Made by a program: the position numbers and the translations under genes
Notes under the pieces: generated by a model
The model's database searches: none
What the model was told of the DNA's origin: nothing
Seen by the model: only the letters and a program-made list of their open reading frames with translations
Shown here: piece after piece, positions 1 to 15,223 of the stretch
How positions within the stretch are numbered: the first letter of the stretch is position 1
How the letters are laid out: every line of letters starts with the position of its first letter
Source of the DNA: the human T2T-CHM13v2.0 reference genome, Homo sapiens
Length of the DNA stretch: 64,000 bases
Direction: 5' to 3' (one strand)
Assembly: GCF_009914755.1 (NCBI RefSeq)
Contig: NC_060947.1

Positions 1-86
1 GGGGTCCTGTAACCATTTCTAACCCAGTTATTCTACCCCCATATCAGATCTCTTCTACCCTTACTGTTTCCATTATGGGTTTAGGC

Positions 87-311
87 CAGTTGTTCTCAAC
101 TGAGTGCAATTCTGCCTCTGCAGTGTCTGGCAATGTCTGCAACTTGGCAATGCCTAGAGATAGTTTTGCTTGTCACAACTGGGGGATGCTACTGGCATCT
201 AGTGGGTGGAGGCCAAGGATGTTGCCAAATATCCTACAGTGCACAGGACAATCCCGCACAACAAAGAATGATCTGGCCCAAAATGTCAATAGTGCTAAGA
301 TTGAGAAACTG
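87..311. mobile_element. MER20 (hAT-Charlie) DNA transposon
   Basis: Termini CAGTTGTTCTCAA...TTGAGAAACTG; internal GCTACTGGCATCTAGTGGGTGGAGGCCAAGGATG matches recalled MER20 core. Confidence 0.85.
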
Positions 312-799
312 TTACAGAAGAGCCCTCAGCCTTCTCTCCCTTTCTCTCAATTACCCATAGCAATTTAGCCTTCTTACCATTATCAGGAATAATCCTTCAC
401 ATGGTCAAAACTATATCAACAGGTTCTGCTAAATTAGTCCATTAATTCAGATATCACCAGGGTTCAGGTGGCAATATAAATTGAGTAAAGTGAGTCAGGA
501 GTAAGATGAGAAGTGGGCACTGGCCCATCTGCTTCAGTAGTAGGGAACAATGGGGTAATGGTGGGGACTGTGGCAAATTGGAGACTGCATACCCTGTGTA
601 TAAAGGCAGCCCTAACTTATTGCCATGCAGGCACCTGTGTTGATAAATGTCAGATTCCTTGAGAGAGACTCAATATCTCGCCTCCCTCATCCCACAGTAA
701 TCCCCTTTTGTGTTATTTTTTAGTTGAGTTGTTACATACACACGTGCACCAAATTTAAGTGTGCAGCACAATGAATCATCAAGATAATCTGGAAGAACG

Positions 800-1310
800 A
801 ACTTGGATTTAGACTACCAGGTTCCAAGACTTACATAGCTACAAGTAATTAAGACAGTGTAATATTGTTGCAAATGATAGGTTAATGGTACAGAATAGAG
901 AGCCCAAATACATAGCCGCACATATATGATCCCTTGACTTGTATATTTTTTAAAAAAAGCCATCATAATTCAGTGGTGGAAAAGATGGTCTTTTCAATAA
1001 ATGATGGTGGAGCAATTGGATATCCACATGGAAAAAAATGAACCCAGAAAACCTACCATGCAGAAAAATTAATTCAATATGTATCATAGATCTGAATGTG
1101 AAAGGTAAAACAATAAAGCTTCTAGAAGAATGCATAGGATAATATCTTCATGTGTCTCAAGTTTTTTAAACAGGGCATACAAAGGACTAACTTTAGAAAA
1201 AAAATTGATACATTGAATTTCATTAAAGTTAAGAACTTTTTATCAGAATTCAGGACTAAGAGAGTTTTGGCAAGCTGAAGAACAGTAGAACTTATTTGCA
1301 ATACATCTGT
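800..1310 (+). mobile_element. Old L1M ORF2 fragment, apparently splitting a MER102-like element (pieces ~520-670 and ~1320-1462)
   Basis: L1 ORF2 motifs (AATAAATGATGGTGGAGCAATTGGATATCCACATGG; AAAATTGATACATTGAATTTCATTAAAGTT); right flank resembles MER102 terminus. Confidence 0.7.
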
Positions 1311-2099
1311 CAAGGATACTTGCCTGTTTTTTCTATGTTGGCAACTATGTCTAATTTAAAACACTGAGGGGAAAGAAACCACTGTGCAGGCTGACAATAC
1401 ACAGGCCAAACAAAACAGGTCTGCAAGCCAGGTTGGGCCCACGCATTGCCTGTTTGCGACCTCACCTTCAGCAGCACAGAAGAATGAAAGAGGCTTTAAC
1501 ATTTCCACATTTTCTCATTCTTTACCTGACCAGCCTCAGTGAGGGGAAACAACAATGTAGACCTCTGTTTCCAAATAATAAGAATTTTCCCTTAGATGGC
1601 AGAACGGCTGGTTATAGTGAGTTTAGGTCTTAAATAAAACTTTCTTCCTCTCTGATAGATGCAATAATTAAAGAATATTTCAAAATATGATTCCATCAAA
1701 TTTTTTTCATTGGCTCCCACTGTGTGTTCAGCTTGTCTTGGCTCTGTGAAGACCACAACTGATCCCCTTTTCACTTTGTTTGCTCTCTGACTCTAGAATT
1801 TCTCAGCCTCCCCAGATGATACTTTAGAGACCTGGGAAGTCAGCTTCAAGCTTCAATGAGGCAGAAGTCATGCAGAAACAGACTCAGTTTGAACTTTTTA
1901 TGTTTCAAGCTCATTAATATCCAACTTCCTTACTTTCTACCTCCTTCCCAAACTCTGGTTCTAGTCTCTTTCCTTCTTCCAAGCACCACTCTTACTTAAG
2001 TTGGAGGCAATGGGGTGAGGTTGGAGAAAATTTCCTCTTGTTACCTCTTGTAACCCCACTGTTAGGATGAATAAGAGTAGGTGGCCTGAAGGATGGCAC

Positions 2100-2325
2100 C
2101 CTGGAAGCATAACATAGTTGATAAAAGCATGGGGTTTGGAGTTAGACTGCCTGGATTCAAATCCTGTCTCTATTCCTTAATAACTTTGTAATCTTGGGCA
2201 AGTTATTTGCTTCTCTGTGCCTCACTCCATCATCTATACGTTACTGATAATAGTGCCCCCCAGCCCCCCAATGCACATCACTTAAAACAGTGCCTAGTAA
2301 GTGCTAGACATGTGTTTGTTAAATT
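2100..2325 (+). mobile_element. MIR SINE
   Basis: GGAGTTAGACTGCCTGGATTCAAATCC...TTGGGCAAGTTATTT...CTCTGTGCCTCA core. Confidence 0.75.
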
Positions 2326-2684
2326 AAAAATTGACTGTTGCCTGGTTACCTGTGAGGCCGTGGCATTGTGCTGAACATTGGGAAATAGAAGATGTGACCC
2401 CTGTCCCACCACCAGCCCACTCTTGATTTAAAGATGGGCAAACAAGTTGGCCAAATTGACCCTCCTCCTTTCCTTGAACTAGCCAAAATGTGACCACTGG
2501 ATGATTTGATGACATCCTTCTTTTTGTGAAATCCAGTGATGTCTAAAATCCAAAGCCACTCAGAAGATGATTAAGATCATTCTGTGGAATTCTCTCTCCT
2601 AAAAACTGAAACTAGAATTATTATGCAGATGAGGAAACCTTTAACCTTGAGAAGTGAAGTGACTTACCCAGGATCCTTGTTATG

Positions 2685-4385
2685 GTGGCAGAGAGCTTAC
2701 CAGAATTGTGTCCCACAATAATGTGGAAAGCAGAACTTGTGAATGATGAACTTATAAATTTCACTGAGGAGATTTCCAAGCAAAATGTTGAAGGTACACA
2801 TTGGTTTGTTCTTTTTCTTTTTAGCTAAATGTGAGAGGAAAGAGATAAGTTGAGGGAAGAACCATTAAACAAAAGGGAACCAGTACTTGATGATTTGGGA
2901 AATCCTTAGTCTATTGGGATTGCCAAGGTCAAAGTATTCAGTCACACAGAGGCTCTCTAAAGAGGTTAAATGTGTGACTCACAGATTCTCACAATCAAAC
3001 CAGGGGGTATTTAGAAAGCTTAAGAGCATTATCCCTCAGCCATTTTAGCAGAAGTCAAAAACAGATGAAGTTATTTCAAAAATTTTATGGACCTGGCTTT
3101 CATTCCGTGACATCCATGGGAGATTCCCAAAGTTCTTAAGAATTGTATACTAATAGAAACACTGTTGGCTTGCACCAAAAGGAACAGAGAATATCTTAAA
3201 TGGAAGAAGGCTGTTATATCCCCCAAACTCTGCTGGCAGGCAGCAAGCTGATATAAACACTTAGGTACAAACAAATACCAACTTTCATAAAAAAGGGAGG
3301 ATGACTCAAAGGGTGGGACCAAGAGTCCAGAGGGTGAAGCTGAGAGCCCAGAAGGTAAAGTTGAGAGCCAACAGAGGATTATTTCTAGTCCTTGAAACCT
3401 AATGGAGTTTGGCTGGACTTAAAAATTGCTTTGGGTCAATGATTCCTTTTTACCTTCCATTTCCTCTTTTTTAAAAACATAATGTCTTTAACTGTTACCC
3501 GATGCCTGTCCCACCATTGTATGTTGAGAGCAGATAACTTGTTTCTTTAGTTTCATACATCCACAGATGGAGAGGAATTGTGCCCCAGAAGTTGTAGGGA
3601 TTATATCCTGAGCCATATCTGTACTTAGTTTAGATGATGTAAATGACAAGATGTGGAACTTTTGAACTAGTGAGATTTAGATGAGATTTTTGGACTTTGA
3701 TTTGATGCTGTAATGGGATGAGACTTTTGGGGACCTTGGGATGGGGTGAATATATTTTGCATATGGAATGGATGGGAATTATAGGGGCCACCAGAGGGCA
3801 GACTGTGATAAGCAGAATTTTGGCTGTCATGATCTCCACCCTCTGATGCTACTCCTGTGGTTATAGTATGTTACATGGCAAAGGGGATTTCACACATGCA
3901 ATTAAGGTTACTAATCAGTTGACCTTAAAATAGGGAGATTATCTTGGATTATCCGGCAGACCCAATGTAATCACAGTAACCCTTAAATGCAGAAGAGGAA
4001 GTCAGAGAAATTTGAAGCATGAAAAAGACTTGCAGATGGAGTGGGCAATGTAATGAGGAATGCAAGGCAACCATAAGGAACTGAGAAAGGTTTATAGCTA
4101 GCAACAAGTGAGGAGACAGGGACCTTAACCCTATAGTCACAAGGAGCTGAATTCTGCCAACAACCTGAATGTGCGTGGAAGCAGATTCATCCCCAGAGCC
4201 TCCAGAAAGTATCATAACCCTGCTGATCTCCTGCCTTTTTTTTTTTTGAGAAACTCTAAGCAGAGGATTCAGTTGAGCCATGCTGTACTCATGTTTTTGA
4301 CCTAAGAGACTGTAAGATAATCAGTGTTGTTTTAAGCCACTAAGTTTATGGCAATTTGCTACAGCATCAATAGGAAACTAATACA
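2685..4385 (+). mobile_element. MaLR partial internal region (2685-3803) plus 3' LTR, MLT1E-like (3804-4385)
   Basis: MLT-int motifs, purine tract GGGGCCACCAGAGGGCAGAC then TG; LTR motif GTTGACCTTAAAATAGGGAGATTATC; ends GGAAACTAATACA. Confidence 0.75.
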
Positions 4386-4419
4386 AAGTCTGTATTCAGT
4401 TTCCAACATTATGGTGTCC

Positions 4420-7400
4420 ACCCAGGTATTCCTTGGAGTTGGAGTAGGATGGGATTGGGGAAAGACCAAAAGATAAAAGGCCCTTTCTGATCTCTCCAAG
4501 CATTCATGGTTTTTATGAAAGACTGTCTTTTGGAAAATGGAAAAGATCCTAGAGGTATAGTGGCTTAGTGGCTGCTTCTGATATTTTAACTTGTCCGTTT
4601 CCCATCTTCCTCTCCCCAGTTCTGTGATAGCCTTGAAAACTAATAGCCTGCAGAGTAAAGAAGTAAAGACTGGCTTAGGTGTGCTTGATCTATGCAACTG
4701 CAGTGAAAACCAGCAACCTGGTAGCCACTGGGTGAGTCAGAACAGAGTTGGAGCTCTTTCAAAGCTCCATTCTTAGAGAACTGTCATAATTTGACCTATT
4801 TTATAGTTCCCCGGGAAATCTCACTCACAATGCTTGTCTTTATTTGACCTGACTCAGAGCTCATCCAGTGTGAACTGCCTTCTCCTCAAGGGCATTTGTC
4901 AAAAACAATTGGCAACAATTGTTTAATATCATGGCTGCCTGAGGCAGTGGTAAAAGTTGAGACAAATAACAAGCTAACTAAAAAACATAAATGGAAAAAC
5001 TAGGGAATGAGATGTTCATAGATGGCCTTGAAAAGCTGTCACATATTCCTGGAAATTTAGAAGGCTACACACATGTTCACATGTACAGGTTTGAGTGCAT
5101 ACTCAGGGCTGCGTACATGCTCAAGAAATAACTGAGAAGGTCACCTCTGACTGACCTTAGGCTTCTGCATAAGCAGAAAGGGAAGGCTAAGACAGAGTTC
5201 TAAACTAGTTCTGTAAATTAACCAATGGCTTATAACAATTAAAGAAAAATGGCTGCATCTAGACAAGAACTGTAAGAACAGTCATACTGGCTGAGTGTTA
5301 AAGGTGTGTCCTAACATGCACAGAGAACCCCTCAGCAAAGACTCAGATTTATTGGTTCAAGGCATTTAAGGAAATGACGGTACAATTATTAACTACTAAG
5401 CTGAGTAGAGACAAAGAATACAGACTTTACAGAATTAGTTCAGGAATGTCACTGAACAAAGAGCAACAACACCAAACAGCAACAACAACAAACCATGGGG
5501 AGGAGGAAGAATCTGATTTTCAGAGTTGCCACATCACATTATACAAAATGTCCAGTTTGTAATGACAAATTATAGGATATAAAAAGAAACAAGAAAATAT
5601 GCCCCAAATATGGGAGTAAAAACAATCAATAGAAATTGTTCTTGAGGAGGCCCAGATCTTGGGCTTATTAGACAAATACATAATTTAAATTAGCTATTTT
5701 AAATATATTCAACAGTGAAGGGAAACCGTATCTTAAAAACTAAATGAGAATGTTGTCTCACCAAATAGAGAATACCAATAAAGAGATAGAAATTATAAAA
5801 GCAGACAAATAAAAATTCAGGGTTGAAAAGTACTAGAGGGGAAAAACAGCAAATTTCTTTAGGCTGAAGAAAGAATCAGTGAACTTGAAGATAGGTGAAT
5901 TGAGATTGTTCATTCTTAGGAAAGAAATTAAAAAATGAAGAAAAATGAACAGGGCCTCAGAGGCCTATGGGACACTGTCAGGCATACCATTAGTTGTATA
6001 GTGGGAGTCCCAGAAAGAGAGAAAACAGATAAAGGGGCAGAAATAATGGGTGAAACCTTCCCAAATTTGATGACAAACATGAATCTACAAATCCAAGAAG
6101 CTCAATGAATTCCAAGTTGGAAAAACTCAGAGCATCACACTAAGACACCTCATAATCAAACTGTTGAAAATCAAAGGTAAAGAAAGAATCTTGAAAGTAG
6201 AAAAAGCTCATCACGTACAAGGGATGCTCAATAAGATTAAGAGGTGATTTTTCACCAGAAACCACTGAAGCTAGAAAATAGTGGGATGACATATTCAAAG
6301 TGCTGAAAGAACAAGTATCAACCAAGAATTTGATATTCAGCAAAACTGTTCTTTAGACATGAAGTTTCATTCTCAAATAAACAAAAATGGAAAGAATTTG
6401 TCACAAGCAGACCTCTTCTACAAGACATATTAAATACTGAAATGAAAGAACACTAGATAGTAAGTTGCCACATCAAGAAATAAAGAACACCAGTAAAGGT
6501 AACTACATAGGTAAAGATAAAAAACAGTATAAATATACTTTGTTTGTAACTCTTTCTTTTCTCCTCTCTGATTTAAAAGACAACTACATAAATCAATAAT
6601 TATAAATCTGTTGATGAACATATAATATATAAAGATGTAATTTGTAGAAAAATAACAGCACAAAAGAGGCAGGAAGGAATGGAACTATGTAGGAGAAAAG
6701 TTTTTGTATATTATTGAAAATAAGTTGTGAAACTAGATTTTTATACGTTAGGATACAAATTTTATATGTTAAAATGTAAGTTACAATACCCAGGGCAATG
6801 ACTAAGACAATGACTCAAAAATATAGCAAAATGGTAGATGTAGATCTCACATTATTAATAATTACATTAAGTATAAATGGGTTAAACACTCCAATCAAAA
6901 GGCAGAGATTGACAGAATAGATTACAAAAAAAGCATGATCCTATAATACATGGTCTACAAGAGATATACTTTAGATTCAAAGACACAAATAAGTTGAAAG
7001 CAAAAGGACAGAAAAAGATATATCATGAAACAGTAATCAAAAAGAGCTAGAGTGGCTCTACTAATATCAGACAAAATAAACTTTAAGACAGAAATTGTTA
7101 CTGGTGACAAAGAAGGACATTTTATGATGATAAAAGAGTCAATTCATCAGGAAGATATAACAATCATAAACATATGTTTGCCTAACAGCAGAGTCCTAAA
7201 ATACATGAAGCAAAAGCTGTCAAAATTGAAGCAAGAAATAGACAATACTTGTGAAATGCAGCTAAAGCAGGGCTTACAGAGAAATTTATAGCTGTACATA
7301 CCTACATTAAAAAGGAGAAAGATCCCCAGTCAATAACCTAATTTTCCACTGTTAGAAAATTAGAAAAACAACAGAAAACTAAACCCAAAGAAAGCAGAAG

Positions 7401-7540
7401 AAAGGAAAGAACAAAGATTAGAATGGAAATTAATGAAATAGAAAATATAAAAACAATAGAGAAATAGAAAATATAAAAACAATAGAGAAACCAAAATCTG
7501 GGTATTTGAAAAGATGAACAAAATTAACCAACCTTTATTG
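4420..7540 (+). mobile_element. Old L1M 5' portion: 5'UTR, decayed ORF1 and start of ORF2 endonuclease
   Basis: ORF1 remnants 5550-6450; ORF 7052-7291 translates to L1 endonuclease-like LISDKINFK...DKEGHFMMIK...DITIINI. Confidence 0.8.
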
Positions 7541-7647
7541 AGTCAGTTCTGTGGTGTTTTTGAAACAGTTATCTTTTATGTCCTTAGCTCCCCTTCTCCC
7601 ATTTTCTGCAGGGGTTATTTCTAACCGTCTTCATTTTCCTAGACATT

Positions 7648-7703
7648 CCACCACCACCACCACCACCACACACACACACACATACACACACACTCACACA
7701 CCA
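7648..7703. repeat. (CCA)n/(CA)n microsatellite
   Basis: Direct reading. Confidence 0.9.
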
Positions 7704-10639
7704 CTTGAACTGAATTTACAGGAAATACACTTGTCATTATTTTCATAGAGAAACCATCAGATGGGAAATTTTTCAGCTTCTGACCACCAAACTTACTAAG
7801 CAGCCCTGATTCACTCCATGGATCTATTGAGTCAGTCAGACTGTGAGAGAAGCCTTTGGCAATGACTTTTGAAAACAAACTCTGCATATTTAAGTGGATG
7901 ATGAACCAGTTTGGATAAACTAAGGGAACCTGGACCTTTGCCTACTGCCACCAAAAGAACCAGGGTGGCTTCTGGCTGCTTTGCTTGGGATGGGCTCAGC
8001 AATGAAGTGCCTATTTGTTTGCTGGTTAGAAATTGTTCATAGTGTTTGCCTTCCTGGGAATCTTGTTCTCCCCTTGGGCATTTAAAGTGGGTTCAATATT
8101 TTCATGTGGCTTTCCCCAGAATTCTGTTTTAAGGGCTGCTACTCCATTTTTATTCCATTTGCAGGGAATCAGATTGTAAACCAATCTGCACCCTATTTAG
8201 TTGTCTGAGGGAGGAGCAGAGTGTGCTTTTGAACAGACTCTGCTTTTGAAAATTACTTGGAACGTGCTTTTTGCAATGCCCTGGCCTAATGTCGAAGCAT
8301 CATGCCAGGGAGGTTGTTTTTAATTACTCATTTACTTCTAAGCTTGGGAAGCAGGAGTGGTATGAAGGGAGGAGAGGTTGGGTGGTGGGGAGGAAAAAGA
8401 ACAGCCTGTGTACTTGTTTGCTCATGGTGGTGAGAATGTTATGCCCTGTCCTTACTCTGCAAGAGAAATTATTCATAGCTTTATACAAGTAACCTGACCC
8501 CTCCTTGCAAAAGGCACTGATATATATGTGAACAAAAGAGATGTTCTTGCATTTGCTGAAATAAAGAAAAAAGAGAGAAAGAAAAAAGCAAGCAAGCTGT
8601 GGCTTCTTCTAATGCTCTATTCCTAAAATTCCTTTATGCCTTCATGATTATTATACATAGTTTTTATGTTTATATTGGGTTCCAGCACAAGAGGGAGGCT
8701 AAAGAATTCCAAAGCTCTCTTTTGATGCTCTGATTCTCTCGCCGCTGACCTGTGTGATAATAACAATAGCGGGGTTGGAAGTTGCTGTGGGAAGAGAGGT
8801 GGAAGAGGTGTTGCTTTCTTTGTCACCCACAGAGTCCCTGAATGTATTTCTCCTCTGGTACCAGAGGGTTTGTGTTGTCAGTTAAGCCCAGAAAAAAAGA
8901 ATTATAGTGGCTAAGACACAGAGTGATTGGGCTTATCTGGGACTCCAGTGACCGTGGGCTACTCCCCAAGAAGTGCAGTTGTTTCATTGCTACTAATACA
9001 CAGCCTGCTGTAATGGGGGAAAATAATAAATGAGCCCAGAACATTATGTTGGGTTTTAGCTCATTGACTTAAAAGGCTGAGGTATAATTTCCCTGAGATT
9101 TTTACAGTCATGAACATCTGCTCACAGGAGCCTGCAACATCTGCAGCACTTGTAGTCATTCTTTGCAAAGGACCATAAAGTTTATAGAAAAACGAATCCA
9201 CCCAGACACAGAGGAGACCTGGCAGAACCACCTTCCTGGCTGAGAAGTTTATTTTATATTCCAGCCTGAGCTACAGAACATTGTGTGCCTACACTTGAGG
9301 ATGTGTAGGGAAAACAGAGCTGGGATTTCTTCTCTGCCCTTCTCTACACACATGTGTATGTCCCAGTCACACAGAGTCCCTGCTGTGTGCTGGGTGCTTT
9401 CTCATTTATGTTATCTTCTTTAACTCTCATAGCAGCCATGTTGGTGGCCATTAGCTCTTTCCACAGTGGTGCATACATATGTACACAGACAATTTTAGGT
9501 GTACATACTGATTTGGGAATTTTTAAGCCCCAAACATAAGTTTCTGTAGTCTGGATTCACAATTATGTGGTGAGGAAAAGGTAAATAGAGGTAGTGTCAT
9601 ATAGAAAGAGGACTGGATTAAGATTGGGACACCTCCATTCTGATCTCAGTTCTGGGGCCTTTTTATGTTGATTTCTTTGGGGCTTCTATTTCTCATGTAT
9701 ACAGTGTGGGAGTTGGATTTAATTTTCTCTATCTCTTATAGTTCTCATGCTAAATAAACCAGGAATCAATACCCAGTATGACTTCAACCATATAAAATAA
9801 ATATGTAGGAAGAAGGCAAGAAGGAACTATGCCACAATGTTTTCAGAGATTGCCTTTGGGTGGTAGGATTATGAGGGAGCACTAACTATGTTCTTTGTTC
9901 TTTCTGGCTTCTTCCAAATCTTCTATAAAGCATGCATATTATATCTATGATCTGAAGAACATAGTAACAATTTTGAACCATTTGGTGAAGATAGCACTGC
10001 CTTTTTATTGTATTATCTCCTTCTTCAGATAGACTTCTGTTACAGCCGCCAGACCAGTGTAACACCTCTCCTGAACCTTCCCTACTTAACTGTTGTCCAC
10101 TCAGTTCCCTCCCATGGTACTGCCTTAGACATGCTTACTTGTTGCTTTGGGTGTTTTAGTCTTTATGGTATGTATGTGTGGTTTATATATACAACTAGAT
10201 TAAAAGATTCTCAAGACTGGGGGGAGCGGGTCTTCTGCTTGTTTTTATTTGTTTGTTTGTTTACAGATGCTCTGGTATTACCCATTGTAGGCACTTACAG
10301 TTACATGTTGACAGAGCAAATGAGTGAAATAGTACATTTCAATGTCTTGGATCTAGGAGTTTCTTCCATTACGCAGCCAACAAAACTGACAGAGCTTTGC
10401 ATTAGGGGCCAAGATAGGATTTTAAAAACTTCTATCCAATGTGGCTGCTGTCTTCCAGGAGCTTGTAGTTCAGCAGGGGAGATTATACACATTTATGAAT
10501 GTCTGCAATTAAAAACTGTATGATGGGTGCCACTGGAGTGATGGAAACTTTGGAGCACAGGATCTCTGAGGAGGAAGAATTTACTTCCAACAAGATATCA
10601 GGGAAATTATACCTGACATTTTTGGCACCTCACAAAACC

Positions 10640-11320
10640 TCTGGTCTCCCTCTGGTTTCAAACACAGCTGCAGTGGATAGTTCCAGGCAAACTTGGAGTC
10701 ATGCTGACAGCATCCCACCTCAAGTCGGCACATGTATCTTTCTGCCTCAGGGCTTTCTCTAATGCTGTGGGAGCTGGCTTGGTGCAAGAGCAGTTTAAAA
10801 GTGTGGGGAAGTTACTGTTCAGTGGGGTAACTCTCAACCAATAGAAGGTAGGGGCCAGGCATGGTGGCTCACCAGTAATACCAGCACTTTGGGAGGTGGA
10901 GGTAGGAGGATCGCTTGAGCCCAGGAGTTTGAGACCATCCTAGGCAACATGGTGAAACATCGTTTATACAAAAAATACAAAAATTAGCTGGGCATGGTAG
11001 TGCATGCCTGTAGTCCCAGCTACTTGGGAGGCTGAGGTGGGAGGATCTCTTGTCCTAGGAGGTGGAGGTTGCAGTGAGTCAACATTGCACCACTGAACTC
11101 CAGCCTCAGCAACAGAGCAAGACTCTGTCTGAGAGGCATCCCATAGCTTCTCAGGAATCTCTGTGGAATTTACCTCTCACTGCCTACAACAGTGATCTCA
11201 GTAGAGCACTCTTATATTGGCTTGTCCTCCATATCTGTTTTACTGTCTTCACTTCTTCACTCAATATCTGTGCTCAGGTTCTTTTCTCAGGCTCTGTTTC
11301 TGGAACAACTTAAACTAAGG
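10640..11320 (+). mobile_element. Old ERVL-class LTR (LTR16/LTR33-like) interrupted by an Alu
   Basis: 3' end CTCAGGCTCTGTTTCTGGAACAACTTAAACTAAGGCA typical of this LTR group. Confidence 0.5.
10853..11130 (+). mobile_element. AluJ-type SINE lacking its poly(A) tail
   Basis: GGCCAGGCATGGTGGCTCA start, GGATCGCTTGAGCCCAGGAG (J diagnostic), ends GACTCTGTCT with no A tail. Confidence 0.92.
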
Positions 11321-11439
11321 CAGAAGCCATTGTGGATTCAGAGGCATTTGAACTGGGTCTTGTCCACAGGCAAAGACAAGGAGAAAGGGGAGGTTTCAGT
11401 TAGAGGCACGTTGTAGAGAAGGCATGGGAGAGCACAGTA

Positions 11440-12348
<909 letters not shown>

Positions 12349-12379
12349 TCAAAGATTTGGGTTCCCCATTCTGTAGTGT

Positions 12380-12760
12380 TGAGTTTTTTGCCAGGGAGGG
12401 TCTACCCAGCCAAGGACTGTCTTGTCCCAGTTCTCTTTACACATGACTAGTTCTCTCCAGTGGGATGCAAGTGGCAGGGGTGTGTGTAACCTTCAGGCTG
12501 AGATGACTAGGGCTTAGGTATAGGACCCTCCAAGCTCTCCCTCTGTCCCATCTGGCAGTTGGATGATACCCAGGCAATCTTACACCCACAGGATGGTAGA
12601 ACCTCAAGATGGACACACCCCAAATTCCTGAGTCTCCCCTTGGAGGAGAACCATTCAACAGAGTGGACTTTGCATGAGCAAGAAATAAACTTTTATCATG
12701 TTAATTCATTGAGATTTGGTGGTTGCTACAGCATCTGGCATTGGTTGCCCTGATGAATGT
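12380..12760 (+). mobile_element. MLT1I/J-type MaLR LTR
   Basis: GAGCAAGAAATAAACTTTTATCATGTT...TGAGATTTGGTGGTTGCTACAGCA 3' motif. Confidence 0.6.
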
Positions 12761-13970
12761 TGGCACCATCACAGGAATTTGAGTTGGGTATTGTACACCT
12801 CAGAGCAGTGATTTGGAGATGTAGGCTTTAGCAGCCAAAGGCAGGGCAAAATGGCTCCTCCAGCGTTCTGGTACTAAGAAGACAATGCCCTGGATGTGGC
12901 TTTGGCTATGAAAGCAAAAAGGAAAGCACCAGAGTAGAGTGTCCTTTCAAGTTAGACATTTCCTTCCAGGGTAAGAAACTGGTTAAATTGTGGACAGTCC
13001 TACCATGTACAAGAAAATATTTACGCCTAAACTTGTTTCCATCTGTTTGGTTGTTAGTTATAAAACTTGCTCTAGCATTTCAAGATTGGAATCTTCAAAG
13101 GCCAGTTCTTCAAAAACAAACACATCCGAAGGTTCTTTTAAAGGATAATGGTAATAATGCTGGACCTGCCAGAGAGGCACTGTCCCTTCTCTGAGTCTGG
13201 GATACATTGTTCCTTTCTGCCATGCACTACTGAGATCCTAATCTAAACAAAATGGATACCACCATTTGGCTGCTTAGTTTTTCTTTGTGAGTGGACACAG
13301 GCCCTCTTGAGGAAATAGGATGATCTTTAGGAATTTTCTGGGGAAAGATTTAGATGGATTTCACTTCTGGTCACTTGGGGAAATTCAGTGCCTGTCCATG
13401 GGAGTGTTTTGGAGCCACATGCTTCTGAGAGACTCATCCCTTCGAATTGCTCCTTGAGACAACAAGCCATCCTTGGCACTTTGGAGCTGTGGCACTGCCA
13501 CTAGTAACTTTGCTCCTTTGTGACATTGGTTGGCTTGGCCTAGCCTCTGCCCACCTCTCTCTGCCAGACTCCAAAGGCCAGGTCTGTCTTAGACAGGGAA
13601 AACTTTGTAGGACATCCTTGACTCCATCTGTCTGGCTGGCAGGGTGTTTGCCTATTGCCTGTGGCCACACCAACAGACGCCCTGCTTACAGGTCCCCTGG
13701 TGTTGGCCTCTCCCCTGCTCCAGCCTGTTTGTCAAGTCTCCTTGGCCTGGCCTGCCCCAGCCAAGCCCAGATTTTGACAATATCCCAAGGGCAGCTGTAT
13801 CTTTTCAGCTGTGCTTCATGGCGGCCTTGGAGTGCTTCCCACCCAGCTCCCAGAGGCCTCTGGAATGTTGAGAGAGAGCTTTGACCTAGACCTGGTTCAC
13901 CTCACACCATAACTAACCAGTTTATTATAGCATGCAATAAACCTCAAACCAGCTTGACTCAGATTCTTAA

Positions 13971-14483
<513 letters not shown>

Positions 14484-14569
14484 TAAGAATTGAACCTAAG
14501 AATAATACTGGGACTGAAATATTGGCCACCCCTAGGATGGGAGGTTGGTTAATAATAATAATGATGGTG

Positions 14570-14810
14570 GTAACGCTAACCAATGTTCATTGAGTACCTA
14601 TTACGTGTCAGGCTCACTTAAAGATAAATTATATACAGATCTTATTGAGTCCCCATGATACGCTTGCCCTGTGAGATAGATATTATCCCATTTTATAGAT
14701 GAGGAAACAGATATACAAAGGCCAAATAATTTGCCCAATTTAAGAAAATACAATACTTGGGTAGCCAGGCTTAGAATCCTGGCCATGTCATACTAGAATT
14801 TGTGCTGTTA
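14570..14810 (-). mobile_element. MIR SINE
   Basis: CATTGAGTACCTATTACGTGTCAGG...CCCATTTTATAGATGAGGAAACAGA. Confidence 0.7.
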
Positions 14811-14848
14811 GCTCTGTTATCCTGTATCTTGATTTGTGGCAGACAGGC

Positions 14849-15223
14849 TGATATGGTTTGGGTCTGTGTCCCTGCCCAAATCTCATAGTGAATTTATAAT
14901 TCCCAGTGTTGAGGGAGGGACCTGGTGGGAGGTGATTGGATCATGGGGGTGGATTTCCCTCTTTCTGTTTTTGTGATAGTGAGTTCTCATGAGATCTGGT
15001 TGTTTAAAAGTGTGTAGCACCTCCCCCTTCACTCTCTTTCTCCTGCTCCACACATATAATATGTGCCTACTTCCCCTTCACCTTCTGCCGTGATTGTAAG
15101 TTTCCTAAGGCCTCCTAGCCATGCTTCCTGTACAGCCTGTAGAACCATGAGCCAATTAAACTTCTTTTCTTTATAAATTACCCAGTCTCAGGTAGTTCTT
15201 TATAGCAATGTGAGAATGGACTA
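14849..15223 (+). mobile_element. MSTA-type MaLR solo LTR
   Basis: TGATATGGTTTGG start; AAATTACCCAGTCTCAGGTAGTTCTTTATAGC end; flanked by CAGGC 5-bp TSD. Confidence 0.88.

Noticed and set aside
10008-10523. 171-aa ORF
   Set aside because: Non-ATG start, no recognisable domain, overlaps L2-like remnants and low-complexity sequence
12955-12977. TTTCCTTCCAGGGTAAGA resembling a recursive splice site
   Set aside because: AG and GT are separated by an extra G and the pyrimidine tract is short; no supporting context
13447-13884. 145-aa ORF in unique-looking sequence
   Set aside because: TTG start, no recognisable homology or convincing splice boundaries; compatible with chance
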